A stretch of 63,945 nt of DNA, the filler included, from Trypethelium eluteriae (taxonomy: Eukaryota), in the NCBI GenBank assembly GCA_051942245.1. It is 4 parts of 4 records of this genome, joined end to end, with 100 filler letters (N's around TTAATTAATTAA, not from the genome) between each part and the next. Parts side by side here need not be neighbours in the genome. Positions count along the whole stretch, not along the records: positions 51,683 to 63,945 come from JAVECL010000777.1; 3 more parts are not named here. One strand, 5' to 3'. The position numbers were made by a program, and so were the translations under genes. Each line of letters begins with the position of its first letter. Within the stretch, counting starts at the first letter, position 1. Shown one piece after another: positions 62,066-63,945 of this stretch. The notes under the pieces were generated by a model that was not told the DNA's origin, searched no databases, and saw nothing but the letters and a program-made list of their open reading frames with translations.

Positions 62066-63544
62066 CTAATCTTTGAGCGCTGTGGTATTATGTAGTACAT
62101 CCTCAACTAGCGTAATGTCATTTTTGTCAGCATCTGGTTCCGAAGCTATCTTAATAGCGATATCCTTTTTGCAGGATTTGCCATGAATCTCTAAACCCCA
62201 GTAATGAATGTCGTTAATGATGTTAATCAGCTGACGAACCCCGGCAACAGTGCAGCAGTCGCCAGAGTAGATGGTAGATGCAACGCAGCCATCCCAAGTC
62301 TCAAAGTTCTTTGGCATGGTAATCCAGAGTTTCCAGGTAGATCCAGTGAAACTGATACCATAGTGGCGCATTTGGTCCTTATCCTCTCCCGACCATGTTT
62401 TCCGGCTCATCTCGAGTGCGCATTTCTTAAGAAGATAACGGTTGTACAAAGTCATGGCTGAGAACGCAGTGACCTGATGTTGAGCTGCAGTTAGAGTCTC
62501 CTCATCCTTCTTGAATTCGATAGTTAGATACGGAGAAAATGCCCGTCCCTGCACAACGGCAACGTGGTTCCGAACACTCGGGCGGAAACCTGATCGGTAG
62601 GCTTGAAGGGACACGTAATATACGCAATCCGGGCGAATATCCCATAGGTATCGCTTCTCAGATGGTTGGAGGAATGGAGGAGCATACCATTGATTATCCT
62701 CGGCAGGCTTCTGAACAAACTGCAGCATGCGCATAGATCGCCAGCATTCACTGCCAGGTTCCTCTTGGAGCCATGGGCTTCTTGGCTCATCAAGGAAGAA
62801 AGCCCCTAGGGCATATGCCGAGAATTCAGCCTCGTTGCTGTTTTGTACTTGTCGAGCCTTGTACTCGGCTCGGATTTGCTCTTCGTTGGGATCTAGCCAA
62901 ATGCTAAGTGTATGCATTTCTCGGTAGGATTTGAGGCGGTCCTTGCTGTCCATTGGTAAATTCTGTTCCTGGATACGGAATACCTTGCAGAGGTCTTTAT
63001 TTACTCCCCTGTTTTGGATCTCAATCCCACACGACTTTAGGATCGTCTTTGCAAAGTCTGCATCAGTAATTTTGGCAGCAACGTCTTTCCTCGTCCTAGT
63101 AGTTGAGGCTTCAGAGGCTGTTGATGTCTCCTCTCTGGGTTGTCCTAAAGTCCAGGCCGAGGGCGGCGCCACGCTTCCTATTGGCGACACTTTGTCCCTC
63201 CTCTTCCCCCGCGAGCTCTGTGTCGGATCTCGAGGTCCCATGTTGCTCGTTGCGACTTCCCTCCAGATGGTTGTAATGATAGCCGGGTCGGTATCAGGAG
63301 CAGCGCTGCGGTAGCCAGACGGGAATGATATCTTAGCGCGTTTACGAGCAGAGGTCTTAACACGTCCGCGAGAAGAGGAATTGACGGTCTGCTGCATGAA
63401 GTGAGGCCGGTGAGAGGGTTTCGTGTGAAGTATAGGCTGCCACAATTTGTGAGACTCTTGACTCTGCTGCATCTCACGGGTGATCTCGGCTTTGCCGTGA
63501 GAATAGCTCTGAGCGCCACTGCAGAGTGTTCCGGACAGGCTCAT
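62066..63544 (-). CDS. PD-(D/E)XK nuclease-like protein, intact
   Basis: IRPDCVYY ... PYLTIEFKKD ... AQHQ ... LYNRY ... HYGISFTG ... INDIHYWG in an uninterrupted 492-aa ORF; the true start may be a later ATG. Confidence 0.75.
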   Translation of the reverse strand: MSLSGTLCSGAQSYSHGKAEITREMQQSQESHKLWQPILHTKPSHRPHFMQQTVNSSSRGRVKTSARKRAKISFPSGYRSAAPDTDPAIITTIWREVATSNMGPRDPTQSSRGKRRDKVSPIGSVAPPSAWTLGQPREETSTASEASTTRTRKDVAAKITDADFAKTILKSCGIEIQNRGVNKDLCKVFRIQEQNLPMDSKDRLKSYREMHTLSIWLDPNEEQIRAEYKARQVQNSNEAEFSAYALGAFFLDEPRSPWLQEEPGSECWRSMRMLQFVQKPAEDNQWYAPPFLQPSEKRYLWDIRPDCVYYVSLQAYRSGFRPSVRNHVAVVQGRAFSPYLTIEFKKDEETLTAAQHQVTAFSAMTLYNRYLLKKCALEMSRKTWSGEDKDQMRHYGISFTGSTWKLWITMPKNFETWDGCVASTIYSGDCCTVAGVRQLINIINDIHYWGLEIHGKSCKKDIAIKIASEPDADKNDITLVEDVLHNTTALKD

Positions 63545-63945
63545 CCTAATTGCGGTTCAGGCTCGAGGCTATTGAGGTCCAAGAGGATAGCATTTGAGGT
63601 ATGACTGTAACATCAGATGTAACAATGGGCTCTGCCAACGTTTGAACATAGTACAAGGCTTTGTTGATAGATCGTAGTTGCTGTGGTCAAAAAGTGCTAG
63701 ACAAACCTCCGGAAGGTTAATCCGTTAGAAGTCTTCCGCACCACCTGCACACCCAAACCACGGATTTGACCATGCCTTCCAACGCGAATAACTCCACGGA
63801 TTCTGAAGCTTTTCGCGCAGCGATTGCTGCAGCAGATGCGCAGAAGAACCCTAATTACTCTCAACGAGCTATGGAGTTCGGAATCTGCAGATCGACGTTG
63901 TCGCGTCGCCATAGAGGCGTCACGCAGTCTATTCGAGAAGTTCAC

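Noticed and set aside
63697..63945. ORF at the window edge
   Set aside because: Truncated, no motif, other frames closed.
1..63945. tRNA, rRNA or CRISPR arrays
   Set aside because: None recognised by eye; no regularly spaced repeats. A tRNAscan-SE/Infernal run would be needed to exclude small RNAs.

Overview
Filamentous ascomycete (Pezizomycotina) genomic DNA with short GT-AG introns. The window is four contigs joined by artificial 100-nt spacers (N44-TTAATTAATTAA-N44 at 17214, 34404 and 51583), so adjacency across spacers is unproven. About 7.9-34.4 kb is ordinary core genome: BUB2, sulfate permease, DPH2, purine nucleoside permease, IKS1, RIC8, RIF1, glucose-6-phosphate 1-epimerase and an SDR. 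The flanks (1-7.6 kb, 34.5-63.9 kb) are accessory DNA: two copies of an LTR-like end (one abutting an exon of a degenerate NACHT-like gene), a TA-flanked MITE, a three-copy repeat family with a CCCC|TTAA terminus, several pseudogenes, catabolic enzymes (GMC, FAD-linked oxidase, tautomerase, two alpha/beta-hydrolases) and two PD-(D/E)XK-like nuclease genes. The best candidate for something undescribed is the 53.7-63.5 kb orphan cluster: chromodomain, tandem CxxC-x32-CxxC protein, F-box-like, DUF3716-like Cys cluster and an intact nuclease. All family calls are from motif recognition by eye; no searches were run.
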